Positions 10,222 to 19,537 of a stretch of 64,000 nt of DNA are shown one piece after another. The notes below the pieces were generated by a model. That model saw only the letters and a list, made by a program, of their open reading frames with translations, did no database searches and was not told the DNA's origin. Position 1 is the first letter of the stretch; every line of letters starts with the position of its first letter. Source of the DNA: a virus (lineage: Duplodnaviria > Caudoviricetes). The position numbers and the translations under genes were made by a program. Where the stretch lies: positions 138,666-202,665 of the IMG/VR virus record IMGVR_UViG_3300032334_001433. One strand, written 5' to 3'.

Positions 10222-10405
10222 ATCCCCGGGATGGGATGGCAGGGGGTGCGACCTACGCCATAAGTTAAAACGCACACTAATAACACGGCGGATGCCCTGG
10301 CGTATCCGTTCTTCAATCCCACCTTAGGGCTGTTTGATGCTACGGTATAAGGCGTCCGAGAAATTTCACTGCCACTCGTTAGTTGGCCCTGTATAAAGTA
10401 AGCAG
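10222..10405 (+). ncRNA. Candidate structured RNA in hsp20 leader
   Basis: GC-rich non-coding block with several complementary segments, including a pseudoknot-type pairing. Confidence 0.5.
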
Positions 10406-10413
10406 GAATAACC

Positions 10414-10464
10414 GCTATGCCTTCGGGGTAGCAATTTTAACTCGCTTTTAAGGAGAAAACTATG
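10414..10464 (+). promoter_or_regulatory. ROSE-like RNA thermometer
   Basis: cUUCGg hairpin 10414-10432, then CUCGCU(UUUA)AGGAG hairpin: U(U/C)GCU motif pairs the SD with a bulged G. Confidence 0.55.
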
Positions 10465-10971
10465 ACACATCTGTCAGTATTCGGTCCTGGCTTTAAGGAC
10501 TTTGATAAATTTTTTGTTGGTTTTGATAATCAATTTACTCGCATGGCTAAGATGCATGATGATCTAACGAAAAACATTCCAAGCTATCCTCCATACAACA
10601 TTAAGAAAACAGACGAAAACAAGTATGTTATTGAAATGGCTGTCGCTGGATTTTCCAAGCAGGAAATTGAAATTGAATTTGTAGACGACAAGCTCGTTAT
10701 CAAAGGCAATGCAGCAGAGGATAACGACGCACTAGAGTGGTTGTACAAAGGAATCGCTTCACGTAATTTCACAAGAACATTTGCTCTTAACGATCAAATT
10801 GAAATTAAAGATGCTGCTCTTATTAATGGTATGCTAAAGATTGCTCTTGAGCGTATTATTCCTGAGCACAAGAAGCCAAAGAAAATTGATGTGAAGGATG
10901 ATGCTGAAGTTGCAGCAAAACCTGCAAAAAAATCTAGTAAGCCTCAGTATCTTACAGAAGATGATTTGTGA
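10462..10971 (+). CDS. hsp20: Small heat-shock protein Hsp20
   Basis: YPPYNI, IEMAVAGF, YKGIASRNF, NGML.I.L alpha-crystallin motifs. Confidence 0.95.
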   Translation: MTHLSVFGPGFKDFDKFFVGFDNQFTRMAKMHDDLTKNIPSYPPYNIKKTDENKYVIEMAVAGFSKQEIEIEFVDDKLVIKGNAAEDNDALEWLYKGIASRNFTRTFALNDQIEIKDAALINGMLKIALERIIPEHKKPKKIDVKDDAEVAAKPAKKSSKPQYLTEDDL

Positions 10972-10979
10972 GATATAGA

Positions 10980-11114
10980 ATGCAAAAAATTTGGAAACAA
11001 ATCGTCAAATCACTGACACCTAAAAAAGACGTAGAAATATATTTGGCAAAAGCAACAGATCATTTTGATCTAGAGCGCAGAATTGTATTTCTAAATCGCA
11101 AAGGTATTCTATAA
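10980..11114 (+). CDS. DUF3563-like small protein (44 aa)
   Basis: Hand-translated MQKIWKQIV...EIYLAKATDHFDLERRIVFL; not in ORF track. Confidence 0.65.
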   Translation: MQKIWKQIVKSLTPKKDVEIYLAKATDHFDLERRIVFLNRKGIL

Positions 11115-11220
11115 TATTCTTTTGTGAAAAATAACTTTTGTACTTTAGGTGCAGTTAAACTAGGTGTTGGCATGTAAAGGTCAGCACCCTAGTTGATCAA
11201 ATACTTATAATTTGCTTGAA

Positions 11221-11228
11221 TATAAATA
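11221..11228 (+). promoter_or_regulatory. Late promoter TATAAATA
   Basis: Exact consensus, intergenic. Confidence 0.7.
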
Positions 11229-11292
11229 CTAATGACATTATAATTAAGATGTTTTATAATGAGATTGAAGCTTTTGAATTTATGGAAACAAT

Positions 11293-11631
11293 ATGATTAA
11301 AATTTTAAAAACAATTACCGGCGAAGAATTGGTCGGCGACGTTACTAGATTGCAGAGTACGTTAACTATAAATAAACCTTTTATGGTAACAATGGCCAGA
11401 GATCCTGCAAACCCGGGCGGCGATATGCAGTTGGCATTATTTCCCTATGTTCCGTATGTAAAAGATCATACATTGTTATTGGATGAAAAAAGTGTAGTGT
11501 GGATGACTGACCTAGTTGATTCTATGGTTAAAGACTATAATAATGCACTTGAATCATTAAAGATTACTGAAGTTGTTCCTGAAAAGAAAGAACAATTTAC
11601 AACCTTTGCGAATATAACAAAGACTATATGA
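11293..11631 (+). CDS. T4-like Sm-like-domain hypothetical protein
   Basis: IKILKTITGEELVGDV pattern. Confidence 0.55.
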   Translation: MIKILKTITGEELVGDVTRLQSTLTINKPFMVTMARDPANPGGDMQLALFPYVPYVKDHTLLLDEKSVVWMTDLVDSMVKDYNNALESLKITEVVPEKKEQFTTFANITKTI

Positions 11632-11918
11632 AAAAACAATTGAACGGGCCTGTTGTTTTTATAGACCCAGTAACAGGAAAAGCATTATGTGACTCTGTTC
11701 AATGTAAGAATAAATTCAAAGACATTAAATATAATGTAAAAGAAACAAATTATAAATGGGTCGGCGGACCTGTTATACATAAACAATACTATGCAATATG
11801 TAATGAATGTGGTAGATCTCATTCTACAAGTAAAGCAAAAGCTTTAACTGGGCAAAGCTTTAGACGTGGAACCGAAAACGCAGGAAAAGATCCTGAAATT
11901 AATGAAAGTGAATTATGA
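11628..11918 (+). CDS. Hypothetical protein with two Cys pairs (possible Zn ribbon)
   Basis: CDSVQC, CNEC. Confidence 0.55.
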   Translation: MKKQLNGPVVFIDPVTGKALCDSVQCKNKFKDIKYNVKETNYKWVGGPVIHKQYYAICNECGRSHSTSKAKALTGQSFRRGTENAGKDPEINESEL

Positions 11919-12034
11919 GCAAAAAAATTGAAAGCGTTAAAAAGCGCACCCGACAAGGCGGACGAGTAAAAACATCGTCTATGAATAAGACACAAAAAGT
12001 GTCACATAAAAAATATCGAGGCCAAGGCCGTTAA
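11915..12034 (+). CDS. Small basic protein (39 aa) ending KKYRGQGR
   Basis: Hand-translated; ATGA overlap with upstream stop; recalled as common in T4-like phages. Confidence 0.65.
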   Translation: MSKKIESVKKRTRQGGRVKTSSMNKTQKVSHKKYRGQGR

Positions 12035-12043
12035 TAAATATAT

Positions 12044-12118
12044 TGCGGGTTGGCGCAGTAGTAGCGCGCTGGACTCATAATCCAGAGGTCGGTGGTGCGA
12101 ATCCATCACCCGCATCCA
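12044..12118 (+). tRNA. trnM: tRNA-Met(CAT), initiator-like
   Basis: TGCGGGT/ACCCGCA acceptor, CTGGA-CTCATAA-TCCAG, T-loop TGCGAAT, CCA. Confidence 0.85.
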
Positions 12119-12124
12119 TCATCT

Positions 12125-12382
12125 ATGTTAGAATACATAACAACCTTTTTTGCGATGTTTATCGTTGATATATTTTACGCATATTATATCAAAGCGATTC
12201 AAGACGAAGAAGCATTAAAGGCAGGTCTTTGGGCAGGCACAGTATATGCAATCGCAAGTGTCTCCGTAATTAACTTTACTATAAATCATTGGCTAATTAT
12301 TCCCGCTGCATTAGGAGCAGCATTAGGAACATATTTTGGAATAAGATTGCGTCAAGATGACGGGCCAGATGAACCTATGTAA
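12125..12382 (+). CDS. Small multi-pass membrane protein
   Basis: Hydrophobic segments; start moved downstream of tRNA. Confidence 0.65.
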   Translation: MLEYITTFFAMFIVDIFYAYYIKAIQDEEALKAGLWAGTVYAIASVSVINFTINHWLIIPAALGAALGTYFGIRLRQDDGPDEPM

Positions 12383-12392
12383 TTGGATTAAA

Positions 12393-13100
12393 GTGAAATT
12401 TATATTATGTTTACTTGCTCTTATATCGAGCAATGTTTTTGCTATGGACATTACTGCTACAAGTTGGTTAGTAGCAGACGGCGAAGGTAAAGTACTTCAA
12501 AGCGAAAATGTCAATGCTTCTAGATCAATTGCAAGCATAACAAAACTTATGACTGTAATGGTAGTACTAGATAAGAAACTACCATTAGACGCAAAGATAA
12601 ATCAATACACCCGAAAAGAACTAATTCAACTAGCAATGGTTAAATCGGATAATAAGGCCGCAATTGCTTTATGTGATAGTTATCCTGGCGGAAAATTAAT
12701 GTGCGTCAGGGCAATGAATCAAAAAGCATTTGATTTGAAGATGTTTGATACAAAATATGTAGAAGCATCTGGGCTTGATATAATGAATATTAGTACTGCA
12801 CTTGATCTTATTAAATTGGTTCAAGCTGCAAAAGATTATCCCGCAATTGTGGAAGCCAGCAATACTTCTAGAATTTCAATAAAGTTAAAAAAGAAATGGT
12901 TATTCTTTAATAACACAAATCCTATAATTGGCAAAAGATATAATTTTATTGTTAGTAAAACAGGATATATAAAAGCATCCGGTGGCTGCATTGTTATGAT
13001 GTTAGATACAGATGTTGGCCGCCGGATTGTAGTTGTTCTTGGAAGTAAAAATACTCACACAAGAATACCAGAAGCAGAGTTTATTGCAACTCACGAATAG
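12393..13100 (+). CDS. Peptidase S11 (PBP7/D-Ala-D-Ala peptidase-like) with signal peptide
   Basis: SxxK (ASITK), SxN (SDN), KTG motifs; hydrophobic N-terminus. Confidence 0.88.
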   Translation: MKFILCLLALISSNVFAMDITATSWLVADGEGKVLQSENVNASRSIASITKLMTVMVVLDKKLPLDAKINQYTRKELIQLAMVKSDNKAAIALCDSYPGGKLMCVRAMNQKAFDLKMFDTKYVEASGLDIMNISTALDLIKLVQAAKDYPAIVEASNTSRISIKLKKKWLFFNNTNPIIGKRYNFIVSKTGYIKASGGCIVMMLDTDVGRRIVVVLGSKNTHTRIPEAEFIATHE

Positions 13101-13811
13101 TTAATTCCAATATTTGTTATGGTTTAAACTATCCCAATATGATTTGTTATTGCGATTCATAAAACTTTTCATTAGGTATTTGCCCATACCAAAATATCCC
13201 ATCTTTTTAAACCTACGACTATCTTGTCCGCAGTAATGTTTTATAATCCTAAACTTTTTAGGACTATAATTTTTTGATAAGAAATAGTCTTCGGCTGTTA
13301 ATAAGTTTTCGGGAAATCCGCCATATTCATCAAATTTATCTTTGCGCGTTAGCATAAATGCTCCAACGGCGAATGGTGAGAAATATTTTAATGCGTTATT
13401 AATAGTATTAAAAATAGCAAATCCAAGTGTTGCTCTTAAGTCTTTGTCATAGCATTTGATATTCAAACCAACTAAATCTAAATTATTTGATTCAAGTTTA
13501 TCGACCGCATCACGTATTACATCATACTTAAAGAAACGAACATCGGCGTCAATGAATAGTATGCAGGGTGTAGTGACAAGTCTAGCACCGTTGTTCTTGG
13601 CAACACTAACAGGCCCACCATCAATAATTTCAACATTCAATTCAAAACTATTATTACGTATTACTTGCCTGGTGTTGTCAGTAGAACAATCCGCAATTAT
13701 AATTTTAGTATCACCGATGTTCTGTGACCGCAACGAATCTAATAAATGATGAATATAATTTTCTTCATTTTTACAAGGCACAACTATAGTAATTTTATCA
13801 CTTAGTTTCAT
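13101..13811 (-). CDS. Glycosyltransferase family 2
   Basis: VVPCKNEE, IIAD, LFIDADV. Confidence 0.85.
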   Translation of the reverse strand: MKLSDKITIVVPCKNEENYIHHLLDSLRSQNIGDTKIIIADCSTDNTRQVIRNNSFELNVEIIDGGPVSVAKNNGARLVTTPCILFIDADVRFFKYDVIRDAVDKLESNNLDLVGLNIKCYDKDLRATLGFAIFNTINNALKYFSPFAVGAFMLTRKDKFDEYGGFPENLLTAEDYFLSKNYSPKKFRIIKHYCGQDSRRFKKMGYFGMGKYLMKSFMNRNNKSYWDSLNHNKYWN

Positions 13812-14565
13812 TGTCTTTCTCCTTAGTCCAAGTAACTATTTCCCATCTACCGTCCCAATGTTCAACTAAAGCGGTACATGACTCAACCCAGTCTCCGTCA
13901 TTCATATAGATGACGCCTTCTATTTCTTTTATTTCAGCATGGTGTATATGACCACAGATGACACCATCATACCCACGTTTTTTACAATAATTCGCTAAGT
14001 TTTTCTCAAAATGAAATATAAAGTCTACTGCTTTCTTTACTCTTGCTTTGAGATATTTACTAAGACTAAAGTACCCAAAACCAAAGCGATGACGTAACCA
14101 ATTGTATTTGCTATTAACCGATAAAATGAAATCATATGCTTTATCTCCTAAAAAACTTAACCAGGGCGCTAATCTGGTTATACCGTCAAACATATCTCCA
14201 TGTACTACAAGATAGTGTTTACCGTCTGCGCCTATATGTTCTATTTGATTATGTATTTCAACAAGTCCAAAACTAAACCCGTATGGTATCATCGGGCGCA
14301 AGAATTCGTCATGATTTCCTGCAATATACACGACACGAGTGCCACGTTTAGCATGACCGAGAACACGACGGACCACATTAGTGTGGCTTTGTTTCCATCT
14401 CCATTTGTTTTGTTGGATTCGCCAGGCATCGATTATATCTCCTATTAAGTATAATGTGTTACAAGAATTATTTTTAAGAAAATTATTTAGCTTTTCTGCC
14501 TTACAATCATTTGTACCTAAATGTACATCGCTTATAAAAATACTACGATATTTTTGTTCTGACAT
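13798..14565 (-). CDS. LpxH-like UDP-2,3-diacylglucosamine diphosphatase / metallophosphoesterase
   Basis: SDVHLG, GDIID, GNHDE, HGD, GHIH. Confidence 0.82.
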   Translation of the reverse strand: MSEQKYRSIFISDVHLGTNDCKAEKLNNFLKNNSCNTLYLIGDIIDAWRIQQNKWRWKQSHTNVVRRVLGHAKRGTRVVYIAGNHDEFLRPMIPYGFSFGLVEIHNQIEHIGADGKHYLVVHGDMFDGITRLAPWLSFLGDKAYDFILSVNSKYNWLRHRFGFGYFSLSKYLKARVKKAVDFIFHFEKNLANYCKKRGYDGVICGHIHHAEIKEIEGVIYMNDGDWVESCTALVEHWDGRWEIVTWTKEKDNETK

Positions 14566-14594
14566 ATCTAATCTTTTATTTTAATAAATATTTG

Positions 14595-14708
14595 ATGCAT
14601 TTTAATATAATAATTACTTTCAACGATTTATTGTTCCTACTTGGATGCCTGCCATTAGTTATGATATTTTGGGAAATGTTTAAAGACTGGAAAAAAGATA
14701 AACATTAG
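14595..14708 (+). CDS. Putative 37-aa single-pass membrane peptide
   Basis: MHFNIIITFNDLLFLLGCLPLVMIFWEMFKDWKKDKH, 4 nt after AATAAATA (14583-14590). Confidence 0.4.
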   Translation: MHFNIIITFNDLLFLLGCLPLVMIFWEMFKDWKKDKH

Positions 14709-15316
14709 TCTCCAGCTGCTGCCTTGGCTAATTCTTTTTTCTGTTCTTGTTCTCTCAACCATTGATTTTGTCTACGAATTTGCAATGCCTTGGCTTGTTT
14801 AGCTTCAAGTTCTTTTTGTTCTTCGGCCATACTATAAAACTGAACACCCAACATAACAAAAGCAGAAATAACAATTCCGAATCCTATAGTATACATTGTT
14901 ATCATCATATACTTAGCCATCTTTTCTTTATGTGCTTGTTTGGCTTTTGCTACTGCTTCTTCACCTTCACGTTTTTCTTTTAATAATCTAGTGCGTTCGG
15001 CAATCATCTCTTCCCAAATTTGTGGCTTACCCAATTGCCAATAAATCATGTCTTTTAATGCTCTTTCATCTTCGCGCAACTTATTGCTATGCATAGCAAA
15101 CTCAAGTGCTTGGCGCCCAAGTTGAGCATCAGTTTTGCCCATAGCACCATGTTTAGCTTTGATGCTAGCTAAATGAACTTGATCCGCAGCCTCAAAGAAA
15201 TGCCCCACTTGTCCGATAATACTATTGATATCTTTACCCATAGCAATGGCCTGCTTAATTCCACCAATTGCGGATTGAGCGGCACTAAATGCAAGACTTA
15301 TTGTAATTGGATCCAT
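14705..15316 (-). CDS. Hypothetical membrane/coiled-coil protein
   Basis: 203-aa ORF with one TM helix. Confidence 0.65.
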   Translation of the reverse strand: MDPITISLAFSAAQSAIGGIKQAIAMGKDINSIIGQVGHFFEAADQVHLASIKAKHGAMGKTDAQLGRQALEFAMHSNKLREDERALKDMIYWQLGKPQIWEEMIAERTRLLKEKREGEEAVAKAKQAHKEKMAKYMMITMYTIGFGIVISAFVMLGVQFYSMAEEQKELEAKQAKALQIRRQNQWLREQEQKKELAKAAAGD

Positions 15317-15540
15317 TACTTTTCTTTCTTATCAGTCCAGTATGGAACAAAAGTCCAGCGGCAAATTTTACCGTTTTCCACAAATTCATTAACACCATAA
15401 TTCTTTTTGTTTTCCTCACACACCTTTTCTAGCTTTTGCCAGTGTTTGTAATTTTTTGGAGGAGAGATTAATTGGTCGGAACTAGATGCAGTTAATAAAA
15501 ATGTTATCAGTAAAATTGCCGAGAACTTTATAAGTTTCAT
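15316..15540 (-). CDS. Hypothetical exported protein
   Basis: Signal-peptide-like N-terminus, two Cys. Confidence 0.55.
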   Translation of the reverse strand: MKLIKFSAILLITFLLTASSSDQLISPPKNYKHWQKLEKVCEENKKNYGVNEFVENGKICRWTFVPYWTDKKEK

Positions 15541-15541
15541 A

Positions 15542-16078
15542 CTACATCCATAGCCAATAGCCTTGCGACATTAAGATTAATCCTAATCCGCCAACTACCC
15601 AACTAGCTCTATACATATTGTTATTGACAGCTAATATAGCAGCCGATAATAATACAATTGCAAGTTGGAATAACATACCTGAGAATGTTAGCCAAGGTGC
15701 GTGCAATCTTGCTTCTTCACGAGCAGCATCCTGTGCCTGTGCTTTGGCCAGTAATTCTTTCTTGCCTTCGCCTTTTTCTGGTTCACTTTCGTAACGAGCA
15801 ATTTTGGCTTCTAATTTTTCAATACGAGCTTTATCTTTTGCTTGTTTAGCGTCTTCTAATTGTCCCTCAGCAATAGCTTGTTTTATACTTTTGGATTGAT
15901 AAAATCCATATGTGTTGCTGGCCTTTAGTAAGTTAGTTTGTGCTATGCCGCTAAAATTATTAGCAAGGTAAGTATTGCCTGCTAAAAATAATGCCATAAA
16001 GACAATAACTAATCCAGATTTATCTTTAATTTGCGCCTCACGCTCGCTGCGTGATAAAGGTTTCTTTTCATCTGCCAT
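15542..16078 (-). CDS. DUF4337-like membrane protein
   Basis: TM - YGFYQSKSIK coiled coil - two TM layout; SD AAGGAG upstream. Confidence 0.6.
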   Translation of the reverse strand: MADEKKPLSRSEREAQIKDKSGLVIVFMALFLAGNTYLANNFSGIAQTNLLKASNTYGFYQSKSIKQAIAEGQLEDAKQAKDKARIEKLEAKIARYESEPEKGEGKKELLAKAQAQDAAREEARLHAPWLTFSGMLFQLAIVLLSAAILAVNNNMYRASWVVGGLGLILMSQGYWLWM

Positions 16079-16155
16079 TCTATCCTCCTTTATGTTTTAA
16101 TTTTACAAAAAGGTCAAAAGCACATTGCATGCTTGGATATAGTCATAGATATCTA

Positions 16156-16184
16156 TAGACAAATTACTAAATTTGCTATATAAT
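16156..16184 (+). promoter_or_regulatory. Sigma70-type promoter TAGACA-N17-TATAAT for gene 43
   Basis: Exact 17-nt spacer. Confidence 0.7.
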
Positions 16185-16192
16185 GATACAAT

Positions 16193-16200
16193 TATTTATA
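16193..16200 (-). promoter_or_regulatory. Late promoter TATAAATA (minus strand) for the 16078-13101 cluster
   Basis: TATTTATA on + strand. Confidence 0.65.
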
Positions 16201-16217
16201 CCCTTAGGATTTACTGA

Positions 16218-18710
16218 ATGAAGTTTTACACTAGTGTCAATCAATATGGTAACAAGATTCTTGTTCGCGGAATCAACAATGGCAAATCTGTGCAGGACAA
16301 GATCGAATTTAAACCTAGTTTATTCTTAAAATCCAAAACTCCTACCAAATATAAGTCATTATTTGGCGAAAATCTAGATGAAATTGTTTTTGAAAGTATT
16401 AACGAAGCAAAAGATTACGTTAAACGATACAGCGATGTAGACAATTTTGAGGTTTTTGGCAATACGAACTATGCCTATCAGTACATCACAAAAACATTCC
16501 CCGACGAAGTAGATTTTGACATTTCTCAGTTAAAAATATGGTCTCTTGATATTGAGACTTCTGCAGAACTTGGATTCCCTGATGTTAGGAATCCGATGGA
16601 AGAAGTTCTGTTAATTACTACTCAAGATTATAACACTAAAGAAATCGTTACATTTGGTACGAAAAACTTTAAAGTTACGAAACCAAACCACAAGTATGTG
16701 CAATGTAGTAATGAGCAAGATCTCCTGAAGAGATTTATTTGGTCTATGGTTGACGATGGATATCCTCATATCATTACAGGTTGGAATATTGACTTCTTCG
16801 ACATTCCTTATTTGTGCAGTCGAATTTCCAAAATACTTGGAGATGAATTCCTTCGACAATTGTCTCCTTGGAATGTAGTGAATTCAAAAGAATTTACTCG
16901 AATGAATAAGACAGAATTGACATACGATATTCTTGGCGTAGCTGCATTGGACTATCTTGATCTGTATAAGAAGTTTACTTATGGTGCCCAAGAATCATAT
17001 AAACTAGATCACATTGCTAAGGTAGAACTTGGTAAAGAAAAATTGTCATACGAGGAATATTCTTCATTCCGAGATTTCTATAAAAATGATTGGCAAAAGT
17101 TCGTAGAATACAACGTAGTTGATACGGAACTAATTGACCAATTGGAAAATAAGATGCGACTTATTGAGTTGATCTTAACAATGGCATATGATGCAAAGTG
17201 TAATTATGTAGATGTATTCTCGGCAGTTAGAACATGGGATTGTATTCTTTGGAATCATCTTTATAAGAAGAACATCATTGTTCATCAGCGTGAGGGTAAG
17301 CCTGCTCGACAAATTGTAGGAGCGTATGTCCAAGAACCGAAGCCCGGACAATATGATTGGGTTGTATCTTTTGATGCGACAAGTCTGTATCCAAGTATTA
17401 TTATGCAGTATAATCTATCTCCCGAGACGCAGGTTATTCAAGCAACAAAGGATACAACTGTTGATAAGTTAATGAAAAAGGAATACAATCTGCAGGATCT
17501 AAAAGACAACAATTATTGTATGTCTGCAAATGGTTATTCTTATACAAGAGAAAAGCAAGGATTGTTTCCTGAGATTGTGCAGAAATTGTTTGATGATCGT
17601 CAGCGTTATAAAAAATTGATGTTGGCTTCGCAAGCAAAGTATGAAGAAACAAAGGATAAGTCTTATCAGAATGAGATTTCCAAGTATAACAATTTTCAGA
17701 TGGCTCGTAAGATTCAATTGAATTCTTTGTTCGGGGCATGGGGTAATGAATTTTTTAGATTCTATGATTCTAATATTGCGGAAGGTATTACACTTACAGG
17801 TCAGTATATTATTCAGACAGTCGGTGCAGCTTTGAATGAATACTTAAATAAAGTCTGTGGAACAAAAGACTTTATGTATTCTTTTTATTCAGACACAGAT
17901 GCTTGTTATATTACATTGGATCCATTAGTACAAAAGTATTATAAAGATCAACCGAAAGAAAAGATTGTAGAAATCTTGGATAAGATTTGTAATGAGAAAA
18001 TTGAAAAAGCAATTAATAAAGCATGCGATGGTTTGGCTGATTATACCAATGCGTTTGATACAAAGATTTACTTTAAACGAGAAGTTATTGCAGACCGTGG
18101 CATTTGGGTTGCTAAGAAACGATATGCTTTGAATGTTTATAACAATGAAGGCGTTCAATATAAAGAGCCGAAATTGAAAGTCATGGGATTGGAGATTGTT
18201 AGATCGTCTACTCCTGAGCCTATTCGTGAGGCACTTCGAGATGCCGTTAAATTGGCATTGACTGGAACGGAACAACAGATTCAAGATTATATCCGAGAAT
18301 TTGAATATAAGTATAGAAAAATGTCTCCAGAACTAATTGCTTTCCCTAGAGGCGTTAACGGAGTCGATAAATATACAGATAGGAGTTCAATTTATAGGCA
18401 AGGAACTCCTATGCACGTCCGAGGCGCATTGTTGTATAATTTCTATTTAAAGGAAAAACAACTAACCGGTAAGTATGAACTTATAAATGAAGGCGACAAA
18501 ATTAAATTCATTTACTTAAAAGAACCAAATTTGATTAAAGAAAATTGTATTGCGTTTATTAATCAGATGCCCGACGAGTTTAATTTGAAACAATACGTAG
18601 ATTATGATACGATGTTTGAGAAATCATTTCTTGAACCATTAACAACAATTTTAAATGGTGTGGGGTGGACTGCGAAACCACAGGCAACATTAGAGGGATT
18701 ATTCTCATGA
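16218..18710 (+). CDS. 43: Family B DNA polymerase gp43
   Basis: DIET exonuclease I, SFDATSLYPSII, KIQLNSLFG, YSDTD; uninterrupted. Confidence 0.97.
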   Translation: MKFYTSVNQYGNKILVRGINNGKSVQDKIEFKPSLFLKSKTPTKYKSLFGENLDEIVFESINEAKDYVKRYSDVDNFEVFGNTNYAYQYITKTFPDEVDFDISQLKIWSLDIETSAELGFPDVRNPMEEVLLITTQDYNTKEIVTFGTKNFKVTKPNHKYVQCSNEQDLLKRFIWSMVDDGYPHIITGWNIDFFDIPYLCSRISKILGDEFLRQLSPWNVVNSKEFTRMNKTELTYDILGVAALDYLDLYKKFTYGAQESYKLDHIAKVELGKEKLSYEEYSSFRDFYKNDWQKFVEYNVVDTELIDQLENKMRLIELILTMAYDAKCNYVDVFSAVRTWDCILWNHLYKKNIIVHQREGKPARQIVGAYVQEPKPGQYDWVVSFDATSLYPSIIMQYNLSPETQVIQATKDTTVDKLMKKEYNLQDLKDNNYCMSANGYSYTREKQGLFPEIVQKLFDDRQRYKKLMLASQAKYEETKDKSYQNEISKYNNFQMARKIQLNSLFGAWGNEFFRFYDSNIAEGITLTGQYIIQTVGAALNEYLNKVCGTKDFMYSFYSDTDACYITLDPLVQKYYKDQPKEKIVEILDKICNEKIEKAINKACDGLADYTNAFDTKIYFKREVIADRGIWVAKKRYALNVYNNEGVQYKEPKLKVMGLEIVRSSTPEPIREALRDAVKLALTGTEQQIQDYIREFEYKYRKMSPELIAFPRGVNGVDKYTDRSSIYRQGTPMHVRGALLYNFYLKEKQLTGKYELINEGDKIKFIYLKEPNLIKENCIAFINQMPDEFNLKQYVDYDTMFEKSFLEPLTTILNGVGWTAKPQATLEGLFS

Positions 18711-19522
18711 AAAAGATTATATTTACATTACTAGCATTATTAAGTTTACATTCATATGGTTGGGATCAACGTCAACCATTGCCGGTACAAGCATGTCAAG
18801 TTCATGCACCATATGGATTCCCTGTCACACAAGGAGTTCAACCTATTTGTCGACAAGGTTATCTTGTAGGGTATGATGCCACCGCAAAACTTCCGAAATT
18901 TGTGACCTATGAATTGCTTCCGCAAAATGCACTGGGATGCTGGCCAAGAACAAATGCCTTTGTAGCAGATGCGTCTATTCAAAACGGACCCAGGGTAGAT
19001 GATTATGTTGGAACTGGATATGATAAAGGTCATATGAGTCCTGATGGAGATTTAAGTTGGGATCAGCAAGTTGAATATGAATCATTCTTGATGACAAACA
19101 TGGCACCTCAAGCAGGAAGTTTAAATAGAGGGATTTGGAAACTATTAGAAACATCTGTTCGCGGATGGGCAGTTCAACGTAATCAAAGTTACACAATTTA
19201 TGTCGGCGGCATTTATAATGCACAGGATAAAAAGATTGGTAGTGGTGTAGTTGTTCCTCATGGTTTTTATAAAATTGTAATTAACAATCAAACAAATGAA
19301 GTTGCTGGATGGGGGTTTCCTCACGTTCCTCCATATCCTAATTTAGGAAATGATTTGACAAAGTTTCGCATGCCAATTGCAGACATTGAAAATGCTTCAA
19401 ATGTAGATTTTAAACTACCTCCTAATCACAAAGAACTTGCTCCTGGCACAGAATGGCCTGTAGACTTTGGTGCATTGACTAAAGCAAAACGTGCAAAGTG
19501 CGGAGCAAACGCAACAGAATAA
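18707..19522 (+). CDS. DNA/RNA non-specific endonuclease (NucA/EndoG type) with signal peptide
   Basis: YDKGHM, NMAPQ..LNRGIW..LE; MKKIIFTLLALLSLHSYG signal. Confidence 0.88.
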   Translation: MKKIIFTLLALLSLHSYGWDQRQPLPVQACQVHAPYGFPVTQGVQPICRQGYLVGYDATAKLPKFVTYELLPQNALGCWPRTNAFVADASIQNGPRVDDYVGTGYDKGHMSPDGDLSWDQQVEYESFLMTNMAPQAGSLNRGIWKLLETSVRGWAVQRNQSYTIYVGGIYNAQDKKIGSGVVVPHGFYKIVINNQTNEVAGWGFPHVPPYPNLGNDLTKFRMPIADIENASNVDFKLPPNHKELAPGTEWPVDFGALTKAKRAKCGANATE

Positions 19523-19537
19523 GCTTGCAATTTTATT

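Noticed and set aside
10222-10405. tmRNA identity for the hsp20-leader RNA or the 27001-27226 RNA
   Set aside because: No tRNA-like acceptor/T-arm ends and no tag peptide ending in AA; also no RNase P signatures.
11158-11193. 14-bp hairpin after hsp20/DUF3563 as a terminator
   Set aside because: No U-tract on either strand; at most a stability hairpin.
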